Positions 35,811 through 49,900 of a DNA stretch of 64,000 nt are shown piece by piece. The stretch's first letter is position 1, and every line of letters starts with the position of its first letter. The DNA is from Balanoglossus misakiensis (lineage: Eukaryota; Animalia; Hemichordata). Where the stretch lies: positions 8,050,047-8,114,046 of the forward strand of contig CM082591.2 in assembly GCA_040954595.2 (NCBI GenBank). Reading direction: 5' to 3'. A program made the translations under genes and the position numbers. The notes below the pieces were generated by a model, which was not told where the DNA came from, ran no database searches, and saw only the letters and a list, made by a program, of their open reading frames with translations.

Positions 35811-36572
35811 TCTGCTTACAGGGACTAAATCATCCACTATGTTGCTAGTTTCATGACATCTTCTGTAATGGGTGGTGTAACCTAATTTTTCAGTAAAATT
35901 AATCTGTATTGCAATTTATTTATTTATGATGTAATTGTCATGGTCAAGACTGGCTGTAAATTTATGATTCTCACATGGAAATAAAAAGACATGACAAACA
36001 TGAAATTGTTTTCTATGCTTTAATTTGGTTTGTATGTAATGAATTTGATTGTCCTTGTCATCATATCCGTGCTGCAGCTGTGAGATCGACGGATTGTTCT
36101 AAGCTGGATAATTCGATTCTCAAAACAACGAGTACAGATCGTCAATGGACGCCATTTTGAAAATCGCATGACTTCTCAATATTAAAAAGCCGAAAGGTTT
36201 GTGGTAAATTCCAAACCGATAATCGAAAAAGGCGATCGTCAACAAGTTTTTACGTTTACTATTTACATGAAAATGGCAGCAAGAACGAAAGAAATCGTAA
36301 GCATTTTGCAGGTCACTGTGGATAAAATTCCAGTGTCTGTTCAAACAAAAGAATGTAAAGTAATGACCGCTCCTATACAACCAAGCTACACATAAATACG
36401 TGTCAATATATCAAAATTCACGCGAGTGAATATGAAAAATCCCAAAAACATGACATCAAAGGATTTTCAGTTGTATTTCAAATCACGCGTTACAAAAAAG
36501 TCCTCAGTAAATGCCATCTACTAGGCAAACCAGAACAAATAAAAAATCGCTAGAAAATCAAGATTGACTGAA

Positions 36573-37286
36573 AGGGACTGTTCAGAATTTACTTCCAGGG
36601 TGGGGCCGGTGGATTTTTTATTTTCCTGGTGATTTTTTTCCATGCTGTTCTCAGTCAGTAGAGCCAATTCTCAGGGTTGTAAACAACAAAAAGTAGAAAC
36701 AAATGTTAGTTTTGTATTTCATACACTTCTATTTCCACGAGGGTATGTCTACATGTCAACCTGAATTGTCAGCTTCATTGATGAAGAATTGTGGGGGGGG
36801 GGTGACTTAAATTTTGAAGTCCACAAAGGGGGGGGGGTCATCTTTTTTTTGTAAACGTTTAGGGGGGGGGTCACATACTTTTGCCACCGAACTTTTGCTT
36901 TTGAATCCACAAAATTGCAGTTTCGCGCCCTTTATTTTACAAAATTTTCTTGGGGACACCCCCTCCCACACCCGCCACTTTTCTTGTTTTACCAATTCTA
37001 GCAACTATTGTATTGACTTGTCATTTTCATTTGTTCATAGATTTCTTTATTGCAACGATATTCTATTATATAATTGGGGTGTGAGGAGCCTCATTCCCTT
37101 TATAGCATACAGTGTACCCGGCACATTATATGATCAGGACGGTGAATGTTTTCGGCGTGGGGGAGGGGGGGGGGGTCATCATTTTTTGGTCCTGGGTGAA
37201 GGGGGGGTCGGCCTGATTTTGAAAACCGATGACACAAACTTACCCCCTCCCCCCCCCCCCCCACGCCGTAAAAACTGAACGGTCAT
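36573..37286. mobile_element. Poly-G/C-rich MITE-like element
   Basis: Imperfect TIRs AGGGACTGTTCAGAATTTAC and GTAAAAACTGAACGGTCAT|TAA. Confidence 0.5.
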
Positions 37287-37368
37287 TAATTTGACTTGTG
37301 AAGGTACTGTTTATGAATAAATATGAATAAATATGAAAATAATTCCAAATGCTGTTTTGACTTTATTA

Positions 37369-38527
37369 CTAGCACATGGATGTGTTTGAATGAGGCATTT
37401 TTGAAAGCCTTTGAATTTTATAACGTGGAAAATCCTGAAGAAAAACAAAATATCTGGATGGAAACTTGATCTAACAAATGAAGAAATCATAGAATCTCAG
37501 TTGCTCATGCTTTGTGCATGAATGTAAAGCATGATTAGCACATGGATGTGTTTGAATGAGGCATTTTTGAAAGCCTTTGAATTTTATAACGTGGAAAATC
37601 CTGAAGAAAAACAAAATATCTGGATGGAAACTTGATCTAACCAATGAAGAAATCCTAGAATCTCAGTTGCTCATGCTTAGTGCATGAATGTAAAGCATGA
37701 TTAGCACATGGATGTGTTTGAATGAGGCATTTTTGAAAGCCTTTGAATTTTATAACATGGAAAATCCTGAAGAAGAAAAAATGATATCTGGATGGAAACT
37801 TGATCTAACCAATGAAGAAATCCTAGAATCTCAGTTGCTCATGCTTAGTGCATGAATGTAAACATGATTAGCACATGGATGTGTTTGAATGAGGCATTTT
37901 TGAAAGCCTTTGAATTTTATAACATGGAAAATCCTGAAGAAAAAAAAATATCTGGATGGAAACTTGATCTAACCAATGAAGAAATCATAGAATCTCAGTT
38001 GCTCATGCTTTGTGCATGAATGTAAGCATGATTAGCACATGGATGTGTTTGAATGAGGCATTTTTGAAAGCCTTTGAATTTGATAACATGGAAAATCCTG
38101 AAGAAGAAAAAATATCTGGATGGAAACTTGATCTAACCAATGAAGAAATTCTAGAATCTCAGTTGCTCATGCTTTGTGCATGAATGTAAACATGATTAGC
38201 ACATGGATGTGTTTGAATGAGGCATTTTTGAAAGCCTTTGAATTTTATAACGTGGAAAATCCTGAAGAAAAACAAAATATCTGGATGGAAACTTGATCTA
38301 ACAAATGAAGAAATCCTAGAATCTCAGTTGCTCATGCTTTGTGCATGAATGTAAGCATGATTAGCACATGGATGTGTTTGAATGAGGCATTTTTGAAAGC
38401 CTTTGAATTTTATAACATGGAAAATCCTGAAGAAGAAAAAATATATGTATGGAAACTTGATCTAACCAATGAAGAAATCATAGAATCTCAGTTGCTCATG
38501 CTTTGTGCATGAATGTAAAGCATGATC
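37369..38527. repeat. 165-bp satellite, second array (about 7 copies)
   Basis: Same unit and same right-hand junction (GCATGATCAAACACA) as the array at 1-3490. Confidence 0.98.
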
Positions 38528-40127
38528 AAACACACATAGGTATTGATTAGATCACATTCTCATTTATTTCAGTATATTTACTTTGGCGCTACATGTAGAT
38601 ATATGTTGCCAAGAAAACTGATTTGCATAGTAGTTGTGACACACAAACACATCACCCAACACGTTCACTAATATAGTAAAAATTCTAGATTACAACTGAT
38701 GGGGTAACAGACTTTCAAAACTTTTAAAAATACGTTCTACAATCATGGGATAGTTTTTCCATAAGTTCTTGCATCAAGTTCAATAGTAACACGACTCTCG
38801 ACTATTGATAAAGTCAATGCCATATACAGATGTATACTTTCTCAATTATGTATTCAAGTACATCTTAAATTGAAGCAAATTCAAAGTATTATACAGCAAA
38901 TACAAACAGACAGTGTAATTATTTACAATACAAATTCAAAAACTACCAGCCCCTAAGTTTACTCCCCATAACAATGTCACTATAGTTGTCTACTCAAGTA
39001 ACTTAACTGTACTTCACAAGAAAACAAAACAATATACAGAATCATAAAATTTGCGCAAAAGTCATCGCTAGCCAAGCTTAGGTGGACTTCCTTCAAAACG
39101 TACACTTTGTACAGCTCTGGGCAACAGTTGGCCCAGTCGGCCTGATAGCAAAAATGATCATAGCGCCCCCTGCCGGCAGTATTTAAGTGTGCCTTTGAAC
39201 CAAGAATACTTTATCTTTTCGTAAAGTAGTTGACTTTCAGCCAGTACAGCAAATTTTTACTTTTTGAAATCCGGTGAAACAAAATAAAAATAGTCGACAT
39301 TCTTTACATATCTCATAAAAACTGCAAAGTCATTCTGCAGCGTTGTAGTCTCATGTCAGAGTCTCGATCGAGCTAGCTGCAAGTGCGCCCTCTACACCGT
39401 TAAAAACATAATGTAAAAGACCGTCGTTCACATCCCTTGTTCATATATTTTTGAAATAACAACTATTTCGGACTAACGAATGGTAATCTATATAAATTAC
39501 AACGCAATACATATCAGGCGATTTACAGGTAAGTTTCTAGAATTATTTTGCACACATAAATTGATGAATCGCCTTCATCCTTTCGGATGCAATGGACATC
39601 TGATGGGAAGTGGACTGTACATCATAACTTTCAGACCCCTCCATGCCAAAATTCATGAAAAAAACGAGTAAAAATTCTCCAAAACGACTCAGATTTGGAT
39701 TATTTATACTCGTTACATGAAGCGACTGTAGACTGAAATATTATTTTTCCAAAATGGTCTTTGTAAATGTGGAAAAAAGAACCCAATTTTAGATTGTTTA
39801 CATGCCAAGTTGACGGAATGCATTCAGTTTCAAACAGTCTTGTCTCAAAATCCCTCAAAATAAACTGCAAAAACAATTCAAAACAGCCTCAGTTTATTTC
39901 GTCTTCACTCAGTACATGTAGCGACTGCACCTACAATTAATTTCTGTCCGAAATTTTTCTTCAAAATGTGGAAAATAACTCCAAAAATTGTGAAAGTGAC
40001 ATTGGTTCAGTTTGAACTTTGTTGCCATGGCATGCGATCAATCGTAAATTTATCGACGCGGCCTCTAAATTTTCTCCAAAATTTCACATTTTTTGATGTC
40101 GTGTGGACATGCATTTCATGGTGATGT

Positions 40128-40945
40128 TTATGTCTGCTTGTAGAATACTTTGATATGGTCTCTGTTCAACTCTCTAACAGCAATTCTGTCACCGCTGACT
40201 GCAAGGAACTCAGGGAGGCTCACCTCACGTTCAAATAAGTGACAGATCCACTCTCCATCAAATCTCCATTTCACAATCCTAGAATTCAACTGATCACACA
40301 CAAACAAATTATCGTCGTCATCGACGTCAATGCTGCGTGGATACCTCAGCTGACCAGGACCTCTACCATACACACCAAATTGATACAAGAATTTCAATTC
40401 AGCATCAAAACACTTGATGCAGCAATTGCCACAGTCAGACACCATGATGACATTCTTACTGTTGACCACCACAGAGTATGGGGAACGGAATTGTGTTTGG
40501 CCACCACCTCGACCACCAACCTCTGCAACATACTGACCATCTTGGGTGTACTTGAGTAGCCGATGACCTGCGATCTCAGTGACCAAAACAAATCCATTCA
40601 GTAGAGCGATGCCATAGACAATGATGTCTGCAGGTAGAGTAATTATTCTAAGAATTTTATTGTTTTGATCACAAACAACAATTTGAGAATTTCCATTATC
40701 ACTTATGAAGTAGATGTTGTCATGGGAGACAGCTACATCCCGTGGCTGGAATGGCTTTGCAAACTGACCATCAAAACTTCCCAAGACTTTATCACAGGTG
40801 TAATCTTGATTCAGTATCTGTACAACCCTGTTGTCTTGGTCACACACCACCAGTTTGTCACCATGGAACACCATACCTCTTGGTCCTTTAAACTTTCGCC
40901 CTGGCTTTGGACTTTGGCCATCCAGTGTCCTCACTGACCAGTGAC
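40128..40945 (-). CDS. B, last exon: NHL beta-propeller
   Basis: Same length as in A; about 30 aa differences; stop TAA. Confidence 0.92.
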
Positions 40946-43900
40946 CTGTTAGGTGAAACAGAGGTCAAAGGTCAAACATGCTGTTCCCTATTGAAATGCT
41001 TTAGGAATATGCTAGAGTTAGTGTTTTGTTGTTCATTTTAACAAGAGAAGCATATTACAAACAAAACGAATCATTGCTATGGCAACTGAACTACTAAAGG
41101 GCAGGTTCTCTACACAATGTTTACAGTGACAAGTAACCATGGCAACGAGACTAACCCCCAGTTTCTGGAACTATTTCTTTTTTTCTGCAATACCGAGGAA
41201 GAAATTTACTGTGTCTCTTTGTTGACAGATTATTATAATATGCATGAAAGACTTTCTTATTTAACCATTCAAAAGACATACTAACATTGATGTTGCTATG
41301 GTAACACATTTGAGGAAATCAGGTCAAAAATAATATTTTTCGTGTAACTTTTGACTTCATAGACATTTCATAAAAAATCTTGCACTAAACTTCAGGGATA
41401 ATTTCTTATATCATTATTTTTCTGAACAAATTTATTATGGTAACATTAACTGGTAACCATGACAACTGAATTTATTTTGAAAAATATTGCATTATGCAAG
41501 AGTTCTAAAGTGTTTCAATATAACTTCTTTTACCAAATCGAATTAATGCCTGGATAAATTTTCTGCCAAAGTACTATATATGTTTGAGGTTTTTCAATAC
41601 CAAGTAACCATGGTAACATACATGGAACAGATCAGTAAAACAATGATCATTGTTTTTTAATTTTAAAGATGGTTATGTTGAATATATTGATTTTGATATT
41701 TCTTGATAACATATGGTTACAATCATTTTGAACCACATACACATACACTAGTTCGTAGGTCAGCAAGTTCTTGGTTTGTGTTATAGGTCGGAAAAGAAAA
41801 ATGCCTTATGAATGAGATGTCGACCAGAGATTATAGTCTGCTTTCAAATCAGTAATTATCACATTGGTGAAGAGAGAACAAATCTGCTGTCCTCAGCTGA
41901 GAAGGCTGCCACTTTCTGAGACCAAGTGAGTATTTTTGTTGAACAATTAATGCACGAGAAAATAATTGTTGTAACTTTAACTTCAGAGAATTTACTGATA
42001 ATGTTGTCCTATAATAGTGGGCTACTTGAAACCAAAATAGACTATTGAAAATGGTAAAATATTGTTAGTAGAAAATCTATCTGAAAGGAGTTTGTTAATC
42101 ATTGCAGATGATCTGAAAGATGGAAAACCTGCAGTCACTTAGGATGAGTCATGATAATGGTCTGTCTCAACACCACTGGCTGTTCCAGATTGTCACTTGG
42201 ATAAAAAAATTGGTAAGTCCCTAATTTGAATTTCATAATTTAAATTGTACTATAAATGCAGTGGGGTAAGCTAAATGTGTAAAACATATGCCTACAGTGT
42301 TTTTAACCCTTTTACCACCATGGTTTGGTCCAGACCCATTGTTTTCTATGGTAAATGTGGACCTCTATAGAGGGAACTAGGGGGTAAAGGGTTAACATGG
42401 GGTCCTTGAGGAAACACTGAAAGACTATTAGCCACTGATGCTTTACTCTGAACAGATGATTCCAGTGAAATGTGTACTTTTACATTTAGCCTCGACATTT
42501 TCTGAGCATGTCAGGTTTCATTGCCTTACCTTTCACACCTGTAGTCTGTCTTTCTTTTGACTTTGGTTCATCTTGTTTGGTTAGGTCTGCAGACCCAGAT
42601 GCCTCTTCTCTTGTTGTCTCAGGTTGTGTTGGTTTGGTTTTGGCATCCCCAGTTTCTTTTTCTGCTGTTGTCGCAGGTTGTGGATGTTTGGTTTCCCCCA
42701 ATCCAGTTTCTTCTTCTCTTCTCATCTCAGGTTGTGTTGGTTTGGTTTTGGCATCCCCAGTTTCTTTTTCTGCAGTTGTCTCTGGTTGTGGATGTTTGGT
42801 TTTCCCCGATCCAGTTTCTTCTTCTCTTCTCATCTCTGGTTGTGTTGGTTTGGTTTTGGCATCCCCAGTTTCTTTTTCTGCAGTTGTCTCTGGTTGTGGA
42901 TGTTTGGTTTCCCCCGATCCAGTTTCTTCTTCTCTTCTCATCTCTGGTTGTGTTGGTTTGGTTTTGGCATCCCCAGTTTCTTTTTCTGCAGTTGTCTCTG
43001 GTTGTGGATGTTTGGTTTCCCCCGATCCAGTTTCTTCTTCTCTTCTCATCTCTGGTTGTGTTGGTTTGGTTTTGGCATCCCCAGTTTCTTTTTCTGCAGT
43101 TGTCTCTGGTTGTAGATGTTTGGTTTCCCCCGATCCAGTTTCTTCTTCTCTTCTCATCTCTGGTTGTGTTGGTTTGGTTTTGGCATCCCCAGTTTCTTTT
43201 TCTGCAGTTGTCTCTGGTTGTAGATGTTTGGTTTCCCCCGATCCAGTTTCTTCTTCTCTTCTCATCTCTGGTTGTGTTGGTTTGGTTTTGGCATCCCCAG
43301 TTTCTTTTTCTGCAGTTGTCTCTGGTTGTAGATGTTTGGTTTCCCCCGATCCAGTTTCTTCTTCTCTTCTCATCTCTGGTTGTGTTGGTTTGGTTTTGGC
43401 ATCCCCAGTTTCTTTTTCTGCAGTTGTCTCTGGTTGTAGATGTTTGGTTTCCTCCGATCCAGTTTCTTCTTCTCTTCTCATCTCTGGTTGTGTTGGTTTG
43501 GTTTTGGCATCCCCAGTTTCTTTTTCTGCAGTTGTCTCTGGTTGTGGATGTTTGGTTTCCCCCGATCCAGTTTCTTCTTCTCTTCTCATCTCTGGTTGTG
43601 TTGGTTTGGTTTTGGCATCCCCAGTTTCTTTTTCTGCAGTTGTCTCAGGTTGTGGATGTTTGGTTTCCCCCGATCCAGTTTCTTCTTCTCTTCTCATCTC
43701 AGGTTGTGTTGGTATGGTTTTGGCATCCCCAGTTTCTTTTTCTGTAGTTGTCTCTGGTTGTGGATGTTTGGTTTCCCCCGATCCAGTTTCTTCTTCTCTT
43801 CTCATCTCAGCTTGTGTTGGTATGGTTTTGGCATCCCCAGTTTCTTTTTCTGCAGTTGTCTCTGGTTGTGGATGTTTGGTTTCCCCCGATCCAGTTTCTT

Positions 43901-46900
43901 CTTCTCTTCTCATCTCAGGTTGTGTTGGTTTGGTTTTGGCATCCCCAGTTTCTTTTTCTGCAGTTGTCTCAGGTTGTGGATGTTTGGTTTCCCCCGATCC
44001 AGTTTCTTCTTCTCTTCTCATCTCAGGTTGTGTTGGTTTGGTTTTGGCATCCCCAGTTTCTTTTTCTGCAGTTGTCTCAGGTTGTGGATGTTTGGTTTCC
44101 CCCGATCCAGTTTCTTCTTCTCTTCTCATCTCAGGTTGTGTTGGTTTGGTTTTGGCATCCCCAGTTTCTTTTTCTGCAGTTGTCTCAAGTTGTGGATGTT
44201 TGGTTTCCCCCGATCCAGTTTCTTCTTCTCTTCTCATCTCTGGTTGTGTTGGTTTGGTTTTGGCATCCCCAGTTTCTTTTTCTGCAGTTGTCTCTGGTTG
44301 TGGATGTTTGGTTTCCCCCGATCCAGTTTCTTCTTCTCTTCTCATCTCTGGTTGTGTTGGTTTGGTTTTGGCATCCCCAGTTTCTTTTTCTGCAGTTGTC
44401 TCAGGTTGTGGATGTTTGGTTTCCCCCGATCCAGTTTCTTCTTCTCTTCTCATCTCTGGTTGTGTTGGTTTGGTTTTGGCATCCCCAGTTTCTTTTTCTG
44501 CAGTTGTCTCTGGTTGTGGATGTTTGGTTTCCCCCGATCCAGTTTCTTCTTCTCTTCTCATCTCTGGTTGTGTTGGTTTGGTTTTGGCATCCCCAGTTTC
44601 TTTTTCTGCAGTTGTCTCAGGTTGTGGATGTTTGGTTTCCCCCGATCCAGTTTCTTCTTCTCTTCTCATCTCAGGTTGTGTTGGTTTGATTTTGGCATCC
44701 CCAGTTTCTTTTTCTGCAGTTGTCTCAGGTTGTGGATGTTTGGTTTCCCCCGATCCAGTTTCTTCTTCTCTTCTCATCTCTGGTTGTGTTGGTTTGGTTT
44801 TGGCATCCCCAGTTTCTTTTTCTGCAGTTGTCTCAAGTTGTGGATGTTTGGTTTCCCCCGATCCAGTTTCTTCTTCTCTTCTCATCTCAGGTTGTGTTGG
44901 TATGGTTTTGGCATCCCCAGTTTCTTTTTCTGCAGTTGTCTCAGGTTGTGGATGTTTGGTTTCCCCCGATCCAGTTTCTTCTTCTCTTCTCATCTCAGGT
45001 TGTGTTGGTATGGTTTTGGCATCCCCAGTTTCTTTTTCTGCAGTTGTCTCTGGTTGTAGATGTTTGGTTTCCCCCGATCCAGTTTCTTCTTCTCTTCTCA
45101 TCTCTGGTTGTGTTGGTTTGGTTTTGGCATCCCCAGTTTCTTTTTCTGCAGTTGTCTCTGGTTGTGGATGTTTGGTTTCCCCCGATCCAGTTTCTTCTTC
45201 TCTTCTCATCTCAGGTTGTGTTGGTATGGTTTTGGCATCCCCAGTTTCTTTTTCTGCAGTTGTCTCTGGTTGTGGATGTTTGGTTTCCCCCGATCCAGTT
45301 TCTTCTTCTCTTCTCATCTCTGGTTGTGTTGGTTTGGTTTTGGCATCCCCAGTTTCTTTTTCTGCAGTTGTCTTTGGTTGTGGATGTTTGGTTTCCCCCG
45401 ATCCAGTTTCTTCTTCTCTTCTCATCTCAGGTTGTGTTGGTATGGTTTTGGCATCCCCAGTTTCTTTTTCTGCAGTTGTCTCTGGTTGTAGATGTTTGGT
45501 TTCCCCCGATCCAGTTTCTTCTTCTCTTCTCATCTCTGGTTGTGTTGGTTTGGTTTTGGCATCCCCAGTTTCTTTTTCTGCAGTTGTCTCAGGTTGTGGA
45601 TGTTTGGTTTCCCCCGATCCAGTTTCTTCTTCTCTTCTCATCTCAGGTTGTGTTGGTTTGGTTTTGGCGTCCCCAGTTTCTTTTTCTGCAGTTGTCTCTG
45701 GTTGTAGATGTTTGGTTTCCCCCGATCCAGTTTCTTCTTCTCTTCTCATCTCTGGTTGTGTTGGTTTGGTTTTGGCATCCCCAGTTTCTTTTTCTGCAGT
45801 TGTCTCGGTTTGTGGATGTTTGGTTTCCCCCGATCCAGTTTCTTCTTCTCTTCTCATCTCTGGTTGTGTTGGTTTGGTTTTGGCATCCCCACTTTCTTTT
45901 TCTGCAGTTGTCTCTGGTTGTGGATGTTTGGTTTCCCCTGATCCAGTTTCTTCTTCTCTTCTCATCTCTGGTTGTGTTGGTTTGGATTTGGCAATCCCAG
46001 TTTCTTTTTCCTCAGTAGTTTCAGTATCACCAGCTTTAATTCAAAATTGAAATGAGAAGACACAAATTTAATTCCCGTGAGATTGTAATGTTAATAAATA
46101 TATCTTCTGAAGCCTGATAAAGAGTGTTGAAAATTAAACAGAATATGGTGACCTCAGTTTAAAGTAGAAAACAAATCAGAAACATTCTCGTATACAGTTA
46201 ATGATAGTGAAAATTGAAGCAACAAGATAAAATGAAAGCCAATATGGTACATCCTCTGGATTGTTGTAATCATCAGCATGTCTCATTTACAAGGCTTAAT
46301 AATAATATGAACCAGCCATTGACCACATCCCAAAGTAAAACTTAAAATCAATCTCACCTTGTTCAGTTTTCAATGTGATCTCTTCTCCCAGTTGAAGAGC
46401 CATAGCCTTTTTCAGTTGCAGCTCATTATCATATTGCTCATCATGTTTTTTTGATAATTTCAACTTGAGTTCAGCAATTATTTGGTCTTTCTGATCAAGT
46501 TTGGACTTCAACTCTTGGATGTGTCTAGGGTCTGATTCTTCTAATCTTTGCTTGAGGGAAATGACATCCAGAAGTTGTGTGAAAGCTACTTTTTCAGTTT
46601 TTTCAAGTTTCTGAACACAATCTTTGTACTGTTTTTCTAAGAGGGACTTTTCCTGAATTGCTTCTTTCAACTGATTCTCTAGAATCGTGTTTTCTGCTCG
46701 AAGTTTGAACTTTTCTGCCAAGGTCTCATCCATCTGCTGTTTTAGAGATTTCTTATCTGATTTCAAGGACTGCATTTCTTGGAACTGTTTTAGACTAACT
46801 TCAAAGGGCAGTAAGCTTTGTGCTTGTGAGCTGATAGATTCATCTGGAATGGAAAGAACTGGTGTGCCATATTGTATGATTTTTCCCTCCAAATCTGAAA

Positions 46901-49900
46901 TGAAGTAGATTTAATAATTATTATTTAAATGTACATTTAGTAATCTGCAGATCTGAGTAGATGCTATTGCCAAATATTTTACTTTCACATTATTATTTAA
47001 CGGATCTGGATTTAACGGTTAGGATTAGTGTTGGCATTTTTTCGATCCACGGCCCCGGGCATCACTAAGCCATAAAGAGAGACAAGGGTGGAAACTAGCC
47101 CAGTACGGCAAAACCTGAATGTCTCGTATCGGAAGGTTAAATGCGTCATTGAAATTCAAATTGGACCAATCAGATAGCTTGTTAGTCCTTGCAAGGGGAC
47201 GTTAACAAGCTATTTGATTGGTCCAGTTTGAATTTTTACCTTCTGATACGAGACATTTAGGTTTTGCCTGTACGGATGTCAACAGAGAACGATGTGAAAT
47301 ATCGCCGATTTATACATTGAATTACAGGATATATATAGCAAGTATAGAGTATTTTGTCACTGCAAACGTAATATTTCAAATGTCAGACATTTATTTGTTG
47401 TGTTATTCTGGACTCGAAAATACAGTGCTGGGACCCGGAAATGGGCTAGTCTCCACCCTTGTCTCTCTTTGTGGCTTAGTGATATGTCCGGGGCCGTGGA
47501 TCGAAAAAAAATGCCAACACAAATCCTAACCGTTGATAATACCCTAACCCTTACATGTCAACAAACCATATTTATTAATAAAGAAATATGTATTTGTTTA
47601 TTATGCCAATCAACAACAACAAACAAACAAACAATAAAATCGCGGAGGGACAGCCCCCTGTGGTAGGATATGCGGGAAATGGCTTTGTCAAATTCCATAC
47701 ATTTTGAATGCTCTACCGTAGTTTAGTATTAATTGATAAAAAAAATTACCGATGGATTAATGGCGATAATTGTTTGTTGTGACTTGTGAGTAGTCATTTT
47801 TAAAAACAAGGTACAGTTGTAAATATTTCTTGTACTATATGGCTGCTTTGTGTATCTTGGTACTGAAAGAAAGAAATTCTCAGAGTTTCAGTCAAACCTT
47901 TGGAGTGTGTAATATGCTTGTCAGACTTGGTGACTAATGTAATAAAAATCACTGTTTATTACCTGATTCACTGAAATCAGCCCTTTCTGTGTCAGTCATA
48001 AGATACCTTCTAATACCCAGTAACTCTAAGACTTGAGGTCTGTGAGATAGGATATGCTGAACTTTCTTTGTCATTTTCCCAGATAGTTGTATGATGTCAA
48101 ACTCTCTTCCTTTCTGTCTTTTACACTGCTCACTGTCAAATATCTGAGGTGCATGTTTGTCTGCTAACTTCTGGAATTTACATGTTGGATCAATCTCCAG
48201 AAATGTCTTGTATATTGTCCCACCTGCAAGACATATATGATGTACAATTCTTTTTACTTTTTGGGTAAAACAATTCCCACCTTAATGATGAAATGTCTCT
48301 ATCTGTGATTAAATGGTCTCTATCAAAGAGGCCTAAAATGGCACCTTTGCCCAGAGTAACAGTAGGTTTAGGAAACTCAAATGATATAACAACATACATG
48401 TATGAACATGATGATCACGCCCAAAATCTTGTACTTACCTCGTTTCAGGTCAATCTGGAAATGATCAGAATGAATTTCCATCTCTGCATCTTGGAAAGCA
48501 AGACATGTTCTTTGATCCTTAATTGGATATAATGGAGATTTAGTATTTATTAGTATTTGGTATTGAATAATTAGGGGTTATTACACTAATTTTGGTCGAT
48601 AACGTGTCGTATTCGAGTGATGTCCGTATTTTGACGAGTTGCGCTTCGCAACGAGTCAAAATACGGACATCACGAGAATGCGTCGCGTTATCGACCAAAA
48701 TTCGTGTAATAACCCCTTTATCATACATGCCTACCTATAAAACAGTACGATTTGCGAAAATGCGCCGAGAAAAACAATTTCAAATTTGAACCAGGCGCTG
48801 GGATCACGGCAGTAGCCATGTTGTGACGTATGATGTGTGGGCCGTAGTATCATTTTAAGGGGGTTGGCAGCTTTCATTACGATGGGCACTTCCGCATTCT
48901 AAATAAAATTGTCTACGTTCTCTTTCAAAATATCATGTTAACAATTATTTTGCATTGAGAATTTCGAAGAAGTAAAAATGATACATTCAACATTGCAAAA
49001 CTGCCAGCTTTGAAAACGTTATTGCAGCTTCTAATAACCGAATTTTACAACACCCCTCTCCACTAGCGTCCTATGCCCCGTACGTCGCTCGCACGCGCAG
49101 CGAACTGTCGCGCCGTGCGTTCTCAAAAATTGTTCGAGACGCGGAGTGTAATACCGTAAAATATCGCGCTCAGTGTAATACCGTAAAATATCTTCGGGGC
49201 GAGAACAATAGAAAGTGCCAAATACAGGCGTTGCATGTATGATAATTAGTAATATAGAATAGCACATTATTGTTTTCAGAATCATTACAGTAACTTTGTT
49301 GTCATTTAATTTAACATGATATTGTTTCATTCACTCACATAACACACTAACATAACAATCTCAATATATCTTTACCTGATCAATGATATCATCATCACTT
49401 TCCTCTTCTACACTGTCATCACACACTTTCACTGATCTTATTCCCCCACCATCTCCTGGAAGATAATAAAACAGGAAATGTATAGTGTATTATATTATAC
49501 CAGTATATTGATGGTGTAAATCACGCTATTTTATTGGTCGAGACATGACACGTGACTGTGATATATTAGCCATATACCACAGTCATATATCATAGTCAAA
49601 GAAAATGCCTTTTTAAAATGTTTTATGCAAAGTTTCAATATACTGGCATAATATAATAGGAATAACACACCCCCAGCCATGGTATTCCACTCGATTTTGA
49701 CCAGTTCAACTCCATATACGCACGAGCGATGTCGTGAACTGGTCAAAATCTCGTGGTATACCATGGCTGGGGGTGTTTTATTGCTTAAATATGTACACTC
49801 TTGATTCTTTGGAAAAAATGTCTAAAACTTGAGAAATTAGCTTAGAGATAATACAGTTAACCATGCAACATGTTTTGATTTTGTTTGTCAGAAACAATTT

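Noticed and set aside
42508-46050. Very long plus-strand ORFs in up to three frames (also 12410-13291), resembling Cys/Phe/Trp-rich or membrane proteins
   Set aside because: They are antisense shadows of the 108-bp repeat, whose unit happens to lack plus-strand stops. Splice sites and phase support only the minus-strand frame.
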